Assembly: GCA_026397255.1 (NCBI GenBank)
Contig: JAPLVF010000013.1
Coordinates: 85,030-149,029 of the forward strand
Origin: Candidatus Beckwithbacteria bacterium
GTDB taxonomy: Bacteria; Patescibacteriota; Microgenomatia; UBA1400; CG1-02-47-37
Length of the DNA stretch: 64,000 nt
Direction of reading: 5' to 3'
Both the position numbers and the translations under genes were made by a program. The number at the start of each line of letters is the position of its first letter. The first letter of the stretch is position 1. Of the stretch, positions 42,388 to 51,388 are shown one piece after another. The notes under the pieces are model-generated. The model was not told where the DNA came from. It made no database searches and saw only the letters and a program-made list of their open reading frames with translations.

Positions 42388-42789
42388 TTATTGACATTTA
42401 ATTTCTTTAGCGACATTACAAATGTCTTCCTCTAAAAGATTTTCGCAGGCGCCGATTTTAATCTTTCTTACCTGTTGGGCCGGAAACTGCCTAATTTGAG
42501 TAGTGGTAGTTTCTAAAATCTGGGTAATTTCCTGCTTGACTGCCTGGCTAATTGCCTGACTAACCTCCTGGGGAGTTAGATCTTTTAAATTGTTTAAATT
42601 CAGAGGCTGGGGAGATTCACCGGAGGAGACAAGGCTGCCCTGAACACCTTTAATTAAACTTGAAGTGGCCAGATTTTTGGGAAAATCAGGATAATACTGC
42701 TTAATAACGATGTATAAACCAAAAGCACCGAAAGCAAACCAGGCCAATTTCAGTAAATTTTTCGGCCGGAAAATTTTTAACAAAAACAT
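42388..42789 (-). CDS. Membrane-anchored hypothetical protein
   Basis: 133 aa, N-terminal TM. Confidence 0.65.
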   Translation of the reverse strand: MFLLKIFRPKNLLKLAWFAFGAFGLYIVIKQYYPDFPKNLATSSLIKGVQGSLVSSGESPQPLNLNNLKDLTPQEVSQAISQAVKQEITQILETTTTQIRQFPAQQVRKIKIGACENLLEEDICNVAKEIKCQ

Positions 42790-42825
42790 TGATTTATTGT
42801 AACATCCATGCTAATTTTAGGATAC

Positions 42826-43374
42826 ATGAGAAGGTTGATAATTATTTTGGCTTTATTCCTGATTAGTGCGACCCCGGTATTGGGTCAAAAAGAAGCTTCC
42901 GAAACAGGCAAAAATCGCCTCTTAATACAGCAAGAAAACCAGGCATTTAAAGAAAAAGTAAAAACAATTAAAGATCAGAGGAAACAAAAAATTGCGGAGA
43001 GAATTAATCAGCAGCTGGCTCATATCAATGACCAGGCGACTAAAGCCATGACTAATGTATTAGACCGAATGACTCAACTGTTAGAAAAACTGTCCAGTCG
43101 AGTGGCCAAACTTAAAGAGCAAGGCAAAAATACAACCGCAGCCGAAGCAGCAATTGCTAAGACCCAAGATTCAATTACCGCCACTAAGGCGGCAGTGGAA
43201 GAGCAAGCTAAAAAAGTGTACGTAATTGAATTCACTGAAGAAAGCGGTTTAAAGGTTGGCGCATCCCAAGCAAAAACCAGCTTAAGGGTAGACTTAAAAG
43301 CTCTGCGAGAAAAAGTCCAAACCACCAGACAAATGTTGGTTGATGCCCTTAAAGCCGTAAAGAATAGTTTATGA
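42826..43374 (+). CDS. Secreted coiled-coil hypothetical protein
   Basis: Signal peptide followed by helical heptads. Confidence 0.7.
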   Translation: MRRLIIILALFLISATPVLGQKEASETGKNRLLIQQENQAFKEKVKTIKDQRKQKIAERINQQLAHINDQATKAMTNVLDRMTQLLEKLSSRVAKLKEQGKNTTAAEAAIAKTQDSITATKAAVEEQAKKVYVIEFTEESGLKVGASQAKTSLRVDLKALREKVQTTRQMLVDALKAVKNSL

Positions 43375-43604
43375 AAAAAATATTTTTTATCACAATAGTT
43401 TTAAGTTTAGGAATTATTTTGTCCGGTTGCTTGCCAAAAAAAGTTGATGAAACAACAACAATTGGACAACCGGAATCAACTCAACAAGAACAAATTAACA
43501 ATGATGATTCTGTGGAAACCATCGAAAAAGAGATAGATCAAACAACTGTGCAAGATTTTGACAAGGAGATTAACACTCTGGATTCGGATATCAATCAATT
43601 GTAA
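43371..43604 (+). CDS. Small lipoprotein-like protein
   Basis: MKK, hydrophobic stretch, LSGC lipobox, acidic tail. Confidence 0.7.
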   Translation: MKKIFFITIVLSLGIILSGCLPKKVDETTTIGQPESTQQEQINNDDSVETIEKEIDQTTVQDFDKEINTLDSDINQL

Positions 43605-45093
43605 GCGACTGATAAAGTTGCCTGTCAATAAAGCCCAAACGGCGGTAATACTCACGGGTGCCGACGCTAGAGATAACCCTAACTCTTTGATATTTAAATT
43701 TTTTAGCAATCTGGGCGGCTCTCATTATTAATTTTTTACCTAAACCAGCGTGCTGTACCCGAGCCTGGCCACCTAAAGCCAAAGCCTGACCATAAACATG
43801 AAGTTCGCGGATCATGGCCGTAGTTTTATTTTTAGGTAATGACAAACGCAAGAAAGCGCATAGTTTATTTTTTTCCGTCACCCACTGCAAAAACTTCTCT
43901 TCGCCGACTGAAGTCTGATAAGAGATAATTTTTAGGGTTAAATTTTTCCAAGGCTCGTTCCTGATTTCCCGAAAGCGGATTTCTTTAATCTTATTGGTGG
44001 TTTTTTGCTCGACTAACTGACGTAAATTACTGGTTTTGTTACCACTAACAATATCCGAGGCAGAAAAATCGCGGATCATCCGGGAAACACGGCAGTAAGG
44101 CGGCACGAGCGGCAAGGTTTGAGTTAAAACTTTGATTAATTCTGATTGAGTATAAGGCCGCCATAAATTTTTTTGATAATATAGATAGAGTGGGGCGGAT
44201 TTAATTAAGCTACAAGGGTAGATTTTTAATTCATCCGGCCGAAAATTTTTATCGCTAAATAATTTTTTAAAATCAGCAATATCTGTTTTAGGGGTGGCGC
44301 CGTATAAGTTAGCCATCCAGTGGGCCTGAATTTTAAAACCATATAAACGCAGTAATTTAATTGCCTTTTTGGTGGCGGCCACGGTGTGCCCGCGCTGATT
44401 CAATTTTAAAATGCGATCACTTAAACTCTGAATACCGATTTGAACTTTGGTACAACCTAAGTGGCGAAAACGAATTAATTCTGGCTTGGTAATCCAATCC
44501 GGGCGGGTTTCCAGACTTAAACCAACACAGCGGTTGGTGGCGGTTTCGTTGATTTTTTGCGCTACAGCTAACGAAACAGACTTTTGACCGTTAAGGGCTT
44601 CAAAACAACGCTTAATAAACCAGATTTGATAAGCTCTGGGGTAAGCTGACCAGGTACCCCCTAAAATGATTAACTCGATTTTGTCAGTGGGATGACCGTT
44701 AGCCTGATAGGTTTTTAAACGGGAAATCACTTGGCGGTAAGGGTTAAATTGGTTGGCAACTGCCCGCTGGCCGCCGGGCTCGTTCGGCAAGTAGCTTTTG
44801 GGCATCCTGGGATCATTAGGGCAATAGAGACAGCGGCCGGGACAAGGATAGGGCTTAGTTAAAAGCGTGACCGGAACCACGCCGGATAAGGTGCGGACCG
44901 GCTTAGCCACCAAAGAAGGAGGATAATTAAAATATCTTAAACCGCTAATCACCTCCGCTTTAGTAAAAAGTGTGGTTGCAGTTTTGGGGAAACGGCGCAA
45001 AACCTGGTCGTAATTTTTGCCAGCCGCCAATTCCTTAATTAAAGGCTGAAGTTTTTTCTCATAGGTTTTTGGGTTAAAATCAAATTTAGCCAT
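43591..45093 (-). CDS. elp3: Elp3 family radical SAM/KAT tRNA U34 carboxymethyltransferase
   Basis: RTLSGV, CPGRCLYCP, PKSY, ETRPD, IRELHVYG, QHAGLG, ISSVGTREYYRRLG. Confidence 0.93.
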   Translation of the reverse strand: MAKFDFNPKTYEKKLQPLIKELAAGKNYDQVLRRFPKTATTLFTKAEVISGLRYFNYPPSLVAKPVRTLSGVVPVTLLTKPYPCPGRCLYCPNDPRMPKSYLPNEPGGQRAVANQFNPYRQVISRLKTYQANGHPTDKIELIILGGTWSAYPRAYQIWFIKRCFEALNGQKSVSLAVAQKINETATNRCVGLSLETRPDWITKPELIRFRHLGCTKVQIGIQSLSDRILKLNQRGHTVAATKKAIKLLRLYGFKIQAHWMANLYGATPKTDIADFKKLFSDKNFRPDELKIYPCSLIKSAPLYLYYQKNLWRPYTQSELIKVLTQTLPLVPPYCRVSRMIRDFSASDIVSGNKTSNLRQLVEQKTTNKIKEIRFREIRNEPWKNLTLKIISYQTSVGEEKFLQWVTEKNKLCAFLRLSLPKNKTTAMIRELHVYGQALALGGQARVQHAGLGKKLIMRAAQIAKKFKYQRVRVISSVGTREYYRRLGFIDRQLYQSLTID

Positions 45094-45738
45094 ATGGATT
45101 TAAATAAATTAAACGAAAAGTTTTACTTAAAAACCCAAGAGTATTTTAACACTTCCCGGCAGTTTTACTGGGAAGGGTGGAAAAAGCTCTTGCCTTACCT
45201 GCCTCGCCGGCAGGCGGGCCTACAGGGAGAGAACCTGCAGGTATTGGACCTGGGGTGTGGCAATGGCCGGTTCGGCAAATTCTTGGCAGAACATAAAAAT
45301 ATTGATTATATTGGCATTGATAATAATCAGTATTTACTGGATCAGGCGAAAAAATCTCTACCGCAGGCAAAATTGATAAAACAAGATTTACTGCTCCCCT
45401 GGCCGGTGAAAGAAAAATTCGATTTAGTAGCAATTTTAGGAGTAATGCACCACTTATCTGAACTTGATCGCGCGCCGCTGCTCCGGCGCGCTGCCGCTTG
45501 TTTAAAATCTAACGGAGTTTTATTTTTAAGTTTCTGGCAATTTAATCCGGCCAAAGGAAAATCAATTGGCAACCATGATTATCTTTTACCCTGGCATTTA
45601 GGCGTAGACGCCGAACGCTACTGCCATCTTTACAGTCAAGAAGAAATTAATAAATTAATTAAGCCGCTTAAATTAAAATTGCTTGATAACTTTATCGCCG
45701 ACAAGAACAACCGCTATTTGGTGCTTAAAAACTGTTGA
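45094..45738 (+). CDS. Class I SAM methyltransferase, Trm9/ALKBH8-MTase-like
   Basis: FNTSR, VLDLGCGNGR, VMHHL, DYLLPW, RYCHLY..EE. Confidence 0.8.
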   Translation: MDLNKLNEKFYLKTQEYFNTSRQFYWEGWKKLLPYLPRRQAGLQGENLQVLDLGCGNGRFGKFLAEHKNIDYIGIDNNQYLLDQAKKSLPQAKLIKQDLLLPWPVKEKFDLVAILGVMHHLSELDRAPLLRRAAACLKSNGVLFLSFWQFNPAKGKSIGNHDYLLPWHLGVDAERYCHLYSQEEINKLIKPLKLKLLDNFIADKNNRYLVLKNC

Positions 45739-46160
45739 ATAATCTCTAAATGGTCAAAGGCAAAAGATTTAGCCGGAGGAAGCTTGTCTAAATCAAACCA
45801 TTTAATTTCACTGACTTCATGATCATGACCGCCGAGCTTTTTAAGCGGTTTTAGTAAATAAACTAAGGAAACGTTTTGACGGTTTAATTCGTGAGGCCGC
45901 TGAGGATTGTCATTAACCATAAATAGCTTGATTACTTTGGCCTCATAACCGGTTTCTTCGCGGATTTCGCGCACTGCCGCCTGAGCCCCAGTTTCATTCA
46001 AGTCTAAAAATCCACCCGGTAAAGCCCACTTACCGGTCTCCACCCACTTGCCGCTGCGTTTAACCAGAAGAATTTGGTTATCTTTTACTAACAGCATATC
46101 CACCACCATGTGGCGCAAAAAAACTTTTTTCTTTGATTTTTCAAAATAACAGGTGATCAT
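45714..46160 (-). CDS. NUDIX hydrolase
   Basis: WALPGG...E...AAVREIREETG. Confidence 0.93.
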   Translation of the reverse strand: MITCYFEKSKKKVFLRHMVVDMLLVKDNQILLVKRSGKWVETGKWALPGGFLDLNETGAQAAVREIREETGYEAKVIKLFMVNDNPQRPHELNRQNVSLVYLLKPLKKLGGHDHEVSEIKWFDLDKLPPAKSFAFDHLEIIQQFLSTK

Positions 46161-46938
46161 AAAGCTGGTTGGCCAAATTTTCCGAGCCGATGACCATTGA
46201 ATACTGATATGTTTTCAAATTATCGGTGCCTAGATTGGGTGGAGCGGAAGTGTATTTTATTGTTAACCCGGCTTCCTGACACAATAAAATGATGGCGCCA
46301 ATATCCCAAACTGCCTGGTTAACAAACACCCCGGCATCAATCCGACCTAAGGCAATATTGACGCCGTGAAAAACACAACTACCATAACTGCGGGGGACGG
46401 AAGAAACGTGACAAATCTTAGCAAAAACCGCTTGCTTTTCTTCGGCTGAACCCACCATTGAGTAAACCAGCAACTTTTGTTTTAAGCGGTTAAATTTGGG
46501 TTTAATTTTTTTCTGATTCAGAAATATACCACCGCTTTTAAGCGCATGAATGATTTCATTGGATATCGGGAAAGAAGCTAACGTATAAACCGGCTGGTTT
46601 TTATACCACAAGGCAATAGAGACAGCAAAAACCGGAATTTTATTGGCAAAATTTAAAGTGCCGTCAATCGGATCAATTATCCAGTTATATTCCGGCCGGA
46701 CATTAACGCCGGTTTCTTCACCGATAAAACCGGCCTGAGGCAGAATTTTTTTCAAGGCTTTTTTTAAGAAATTTTCTATCTGACTATCAAGATGGGTAAC
46801 AACCGAGACTGACAGCTGAGGACTGGTTTTATAGCTAACTTTATTAGTCTTAGAAAAACCCAGCCGCAGCCGCTCGTTAATTGAGGGAATTAACTTAACT
46901 ACCTGCTGGTGAATTTTAGAGAGAGATAATTCGGACAT
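46141..46938 (-). CDS. Inositol monophosphatase family protein
   Basis: GEE, WIIDPIDGTLNF, WDIGA. Confidence 0.92.
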   Translation of the reverse strand: MSELSLSKIHQQVVKLIPSINERLRLGFSKTNKVSYKTSPQLSVSVVTHLDSQIENFLKKALKKILPQAGFIGEETGVNVRPEYNWIIDPIDGTLNFANKIPVFAVSIALWYKNQPVYTLASFPISNEIIHALKSGGIFLNQKKIKPKFNRLKQKLLVYSMVGSAEEKQAVFAKICHVSSVPRSYGSCVFHGVNIALGRIDAGVFVNQAVWDIGAIILLCQEAGLTIKYTSAPPNLGTDNLKTYQYSMVIGSENLANQLYDHLLF

Positions 46939-48016
46939 CTGTGGTTATTTGATTAATAATCTGGTCTATTTTAATCTTTTTTTCTAATATTTGTATCCGG
47001 GAAAAATTAGCCTTGATGGCTGGGTGAGTAGAGATAAGCGAGCAACAATCTTTGTAAGGTTTAATTGTTTCTTCATACAGGCCAATACCTTTCACTAAAG
47101 CGATAATGTCTTTTTTGTCAGTACCGATTAGGGGGCGAAAAATGGGAATTTTGACAGCCTCATCAACGCTACAGATATTTTCCATGGTTTGAGAGGCCAC
47201 CTGACCTAAACTATCACCCAAAACTAAAGCCTGGTAGCCGTATTTTTTAGCCAAGATTTCCCCCACTCTGGCCATCAACCGGCGATAAACCACTAATTCC
47301 TGCGGTTCATCACGACTAGTTAAATCTAAAACAGCCATTTGAAAGGGTAAATACGAGGCCAAATAAATATTCTGGGATAAGGTCAGGCCGGACAATTTAT
47401 CAACGATTGTTTTAATTTTGCTTTGCAGAACTGTCTTTGAATCAGGAAAAACATGAAAGTGTAAGAAATCCACCTGCGCTCCCCGCTTGGCTAATAAATA
47501 CGAGGCGGCAATCGAGTCAAAGCCGCCGGATAATAAAGATAAAACTTTGCCGGAAGTGGCAACCGGCAGGCCACCTGGTCCGGGGATTTTTTGGTTAAAA
47601 ATAAGCGTCTGATTATTAAATTCAGTAATGTAAATTGTTTGTTGGGGATGAGATAAATCGACTTTTATCTTTTTCTTGGTTCTAATCACATCGCCAATGG
47701 CCACTTCTAAATGACGGTGGGCTCTGACACTAAAAGTTTTTTTAGAAACGGCCATTTGTAAAGCAATTTTAGAAATTGATTCCAGGTTATTGGTTGACTC
47801 TTGAACCGGAGCAAACCAGGCAATGCCAAAAACGTTTTTTAATTTATCCAAGTCAATGTTTTCGCCGGAAATCATAATCTGTTTTTGCCCTTTAATTATT
47901 TGAAGTGAGGGATTTTTCAAGGCGATTTTAATATTGGTAATCAACCGGTTTTCAAAAAACGGCCGATTACCGCCTTTTAGGCCAATTTCGGCATAACGAA
48001 CGAGAATTTTTTGCAT
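46916..48016 (-). CDS. thiI: tRNA 4-thiouridine synthase ThiI (THUMP + PP-loop, no rhodanese domain)
   Basis: VRYAEIGLKGGNR, GGLPV, LLSGGFDS, GQVASQT, RPLIG, DCC. Confidence 0.92.
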   Translation of the reverse strand: MQKILVRYAEIGLKGGNRPFFENRLITNIKIALKNPSLQIIKGQKQIMISGENIDLDKLKNVFGIAWFAPVQESTNNLESISKIALQMAVSKKTFSVRAHRHLEVAIGDVIRTKKKIKVDLSHPQQTIYITEFNNQTLIFNQKIPGPGGLPVATSGKVLSLLSGGFDSIAASYLLAKRGAQVDFLHFHVFPDSKTVLQSKIKTIVDKLSGLTLSQNIYLASYLPFQMAVLDLTSRDEPQELVVYRRLMARVGEILAKKYGYQALVLGDSLGQVASQTMENICSVDEAVKIPIFRPLIGTDKKDIIALVKGIGLYEETIKPYKDCCSLISTHPAIKANFSRIQILEKKIKIDQIINQITTDVRIISL

Positions 48017-48070
48017 ATTAGTTTATTTTACTCTCAAAGCTGCAAAATCTGTTAAAATAAGCTATAAAAC

Positions 48071-48141
48071 TGCCGGATGGTGAAATGGCATCACAGGCGG
48101 CTCTGAACCGCCTATTCCAAGTCCGAATCTTGGTCCGGCAA
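48071..48141 (+). tRNA. tRNA-Gln (anticodon CTG)
   Basis: TGCCGGA/TCCGGCA acceptor stem, GGCGG-CTCTGAA-CCGCC anticodon arm, CCAAG-TCCGAAT-CTTGG T-arm. Confidence 0.93.
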
Positions 48142-48281
48142 CACTACTGGACGGAAAGCGACCGTAAGCTCTTAAATAGGTTGATGGCACTTGCTAAACC
48201 TCTACTTTGTTTTTAGGAGTTTCGGACCGTCCCCCTTATTGTTCAGGGTCCTAAATATTTTTCTTCAGACAATTTTTGAAC

Positions 48282-49335
48282 TTAATTATTCTTTTTTCGT
48301 CTTATGAAGAAAATGTAGCCTGCTGCAAGAAGCGTGATTCCTATTCCAAAAAAGATTATATTTTTGCGACTACGACTTCCTTGGGAAACTGGGGAAATTG
48401 TGGGCGCTGGAGAAGAAGTTGCTTCTTTACCCAGCACTTCTCCCGCGGCTGAAACTGTTTCACCAAGCACTCCTGGAGCAAAACCTTCCGGAACCTCATT
48501 TATTACTTGACCATAAACATCGGTTGATAGCTCATTGGAAAAATCGCCTGGCATACAATTATTACCGGCCCTAACTTTGAAAAAATATTTAATTCCTGAC
48601 GACAGTCCTTTTACTGTATAGGATGTTGTATTATTTCCACCAACATTTGGATTTCCATAAAGCATTTCTCCGGATTTAGTTCCAAATGCAATTAAGTAAT
48701 AAGTTACCGGGTCCTTTGCTTTCGACCAGATTAAGGTAACTTCATTTGATCCACCTTGAATTATGGAAACAAGAGAAGGAGCGCTTCCAGGTTTTTCATC
48801 AGAACATACAGAAGAAGTAGAAGTTGTTGTTGTTCCCACTACTTCCCCTCCGCTACTTGTGTTATTTTCAGTCGCAAAACTTTTTTCATCACCAACTACC
48901 TCTGGTGAACCATGTGAAATTACACGGTAATAATAGGTAGTTTCTGCGGTGAGCCCACTGATTGTCACAGAATGTGAAGTAACTTTTGGAGAATTATCTG
49001 CTTCTATTGTAGAGTTAGCATAGCCATAGTTTGGAGCAATATCCAATACAGCGTGAGAAACAGTATCGTAAATCACTCTACTGGTACTTTGATGGTCAGT
49101 AGTCCAAACTATTGTTATGCTCGTTTCACTTGGTGCGTTAGTGGTTTCCTGTGAGATTGTGGGAGGTGGATTAACAGTAATGCTAATAGTGGCCGTATTG
49201 CTGTCAATCGTCCCGTCATTAGCTTTAAAGGTAAAAGAGTCTGTACCAGTGTAGCTGGCGGTTGGAGTGTAATCCACCTGGCTATCAGTCAAATTGCTTA
49301 AAATGCCATGGGAAACTCCGGAAACAATTGAGATC
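48282..49335 (-). pseudogene. 5'-truncated surface protein (Big_9/tandem-95-like + FN3 domains, C-terminal TM)
   Basis: Reading frame starts mid-domain (SHGILS...YTPTASYTGTDSFTFKANDG), no credible signal peptide; intact C-terminal VLG/TM/RRKK. Confidence 0.6.
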
Positions 49336-49522
49336 CAAAAAATAATTGATAAATTATACCTTAAAAAAAGGTAAGCAATGGTAAAAATCACTGACCCCTT
49401 TATTGATAAAATGGCTCCCTCTATCCAAAAAAAGGCGAAAGAAATTTTAGTTTATTGTAAAAATGATATTGTCAGAATTAAAAGAGAAAGGCCTAGAAGA
49501 AAAAAGCCAATAAATATTAAAA

Positions 49523-49909
49523 ATGACCATTAAAAAAGAGTCAGCCGAAGAATTTATCAAAAGAAAAGGAAACCTTTTTAAAAAACATAACACTATTCAA
49601 GTTAAAGATATTGGTAGGACTGGGGTTCATTATTTTATCCGTGAAGCTTGGACGTTTTTAGCACAGAGTAATCTTAAGGAAAAAGTGTTTGTTATCGAAC
49701 GATTAAGAAAAGAGTCGACTATAGGCAAACTGGCTTATGATAACTGGAAAAAAGGAGACATTGAATACAGAATCGGTTACTACATCGTAGGTAGAGTTGG
49801 TCGCGCCAAAGGGAAGTGGATTTGGGGGCAGTTTTGTCCAATGATTCCTCAAAACGATTTAGGTAAATTATTGGACAAAGCTCGGAAAGAAAGAACAATT
49901 ATTTACTAA
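49523..49909 (+). CDS. Hypothetical protein
   Basis: 128-aa ORF; YRIGYY...WIWGQFCPMIP. Confidence 0.75.
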   Translation: MTIKKESAEEFIKRKGNLFKKHNTIQVKDIGRTGVHYFIREAWTFLAQSNLKEKVFVIERLRKESTIGKLAYDNWKKGDIEYRIGYYIVGRVGRAKGKWIWGQFCPMIPQNDLGKLLDKARKERTIIY

Positions 49910-49925
49910 TTTGAACTAGGATTAT

Positions 49926-50525
49926 ATGCCTTTATCTGACAAAGCTATTCAAGAATATAAGGATATTTTTAAGAAAAAGTATGGTAAGGATTTATCTGAT
50001 GCTGAAGCCAAAGAACAAGGAGAAAACCTATTAGGATTTTTTGAGCTTTTGTTTAAAATGGCCGAAAAGGAATATTTAAGGAAACAGAGACTTAAAAGAG
50101 AAAAAATTAAGGGATTTTTCCTTGATGCCGATGAAGGAGCTTATTCTTGCGGGATTTGTGGAGAAAATTACCCCGGAAATAATATTTGGTGGAACCCAAA
50201 AGGATTAAAATGCCGAGATTGTTGGAGAAATATTAAAAATAGAGTAATCCCCGATTTGAAATATAAACATGATCATAATGAAGTTTGGATTCAAGATTGG
50301 CAAATAAAATACGACTATGGCGTTCACCCATCAACAGCAAGAAAACTTAGTCGAGAAGGATTGCTTCATGGGAGAGATTTAAAAAGAGAAAACGGAATGA
50401 CTTACTGTACGATTTATTTGGTGAAAGAAAATAAAGGGTTTTTAAAGAAATATCCGAAGAAGCCGGCAATTAAAGTTAAATTTGTTAATCCCGAGATTAA
50501 TAAAACAATGCAACAAAAAACATAA
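49926..50525 (+). CDS. Hypothetical protein with helical N-terminus and CxxC...CxxC zinc ribbon
   Basis: LSDKAIQEYKDIFKKKYG; CGIC...CRDC. Confidence 0.75.
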   Translation: MPLSDKAIQEYKDIFKKKYGKDLSDAEAKEQGENLLGFFELLFKMAEKEYLRKQRLKREKIKGFFLDADEGAYSCGICGENYPGNNIWWNPKGLKCRDCWRNIKNRVIPDLKYKHDHNEVWIQDWQIKYDYGVHPSTARKLSREGLLHGRDLKRENGMTYCTIYLVKENKGFLKKYPKKPAIKVKFVNPEINKTMQQKT

Positions 50526-50530
50526 GTTCT

Positions 50531-51367
50531 ATGCATTTTAATAAACGCCAGGAAGAATTAATTTCAGAGTATAAAAAACTTTTACTTTTTGGTTATCAAA
50601 AAATAAGCACAATCGGTCTAAATATTAAAAAAACTAGAGTAAGGAAAAGAGTTCTATATTTCATGATGGGTGCGATGCAAAATTTTTCTGAAAGTATATT
50701 GAAATTATTAGGTTCAATACCAATTTATGAAAGACCTGGAGAATCTCTATTAAGATCTCAGTTTGAATTATTGCTAAACGTAAGGTTTATTTATTCGGGC
50801 AGAACAGAAGAAAATGCAAGATTATTTCTTTCGGATTTATTACTAGAATCTATTAGCTTTGCAAAAAAACATCATAGGCTATGGGACAAATATCCCAAAT
50901 GGGATCTAACTTTCGGATCAATAAAAAAACCGTGTGATTGGGACAAATTTATCTTGGGAAGTTTATATGATCTACAAAAATATAGAGAAAGGCACGGTGA
51001 TAATAATGTTAATAAGCTACCCAGCTTATACGATAGAACTTTACAAATAGATAAATATCTTAAAAAGATAGGTACATTCTCCGAAAACAACAGCGCTGAG
51101 AAATATTATATTTACTATTATCAATTTTTTTCTCAAGCAACTCATTTAAATATGTCAGGGTTGCAAAGATATTTGAGAAGTAAAAAAGATATTTTAAAGG
51201 AACCCTTTTTTGATATTGATTCAAAACCTGAAGATGCTGAAAGAATATTGGCAGTTAGCTATCAAGCCTATTTTGTAATGCTTCGTCATTTTTTACAGGT
51301 ATTTAATAGTTTTGATAGCCATGAATTAAAGTTTTTTAACAAATATTCAAAAAAAATAGCAAAATAA
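50531..51367 (+). CDS. Hypothetical helical protein (DUF5677/HEPN-like possible)
   Basis: LLRSQFE and YQFFSQATH motifs; family call is tentative. Confidence 0.55.
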   Translation: MHFNKRQEELISEYKKLLLFGYQKISTIGLNIKKTRVRKRVLYFMMGAMQNFSESILKLLGSIPIYERPGESLLRSQFELLLNVRFIYSGRTEENARLFLSDLLLESISFAKKHHRLWDKYPKWDLTFGSIKKPCDWDKFILGSLYDLQKYRERHGDNNVNKLPSLYDRTLQIDKYLKKIGTFSENNSAEKYYIYYYQFFSQATHLNMSGLQRYLRSKKDILKEPFFDIDSKPEDAERILAVSYQAYFVMLRHFLQVFNSFDSHELKFFNKYSKKIAK

Positions 51368-51388
51368 AGAATTATCTTTAAAAAAATT

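Noticed and set aside
48244..48260. AGGGTCCTA after tRNA-Gln as another cassette site
   Set aside because: Only the GGTCC core matches; the GACC arm and flanks are absent
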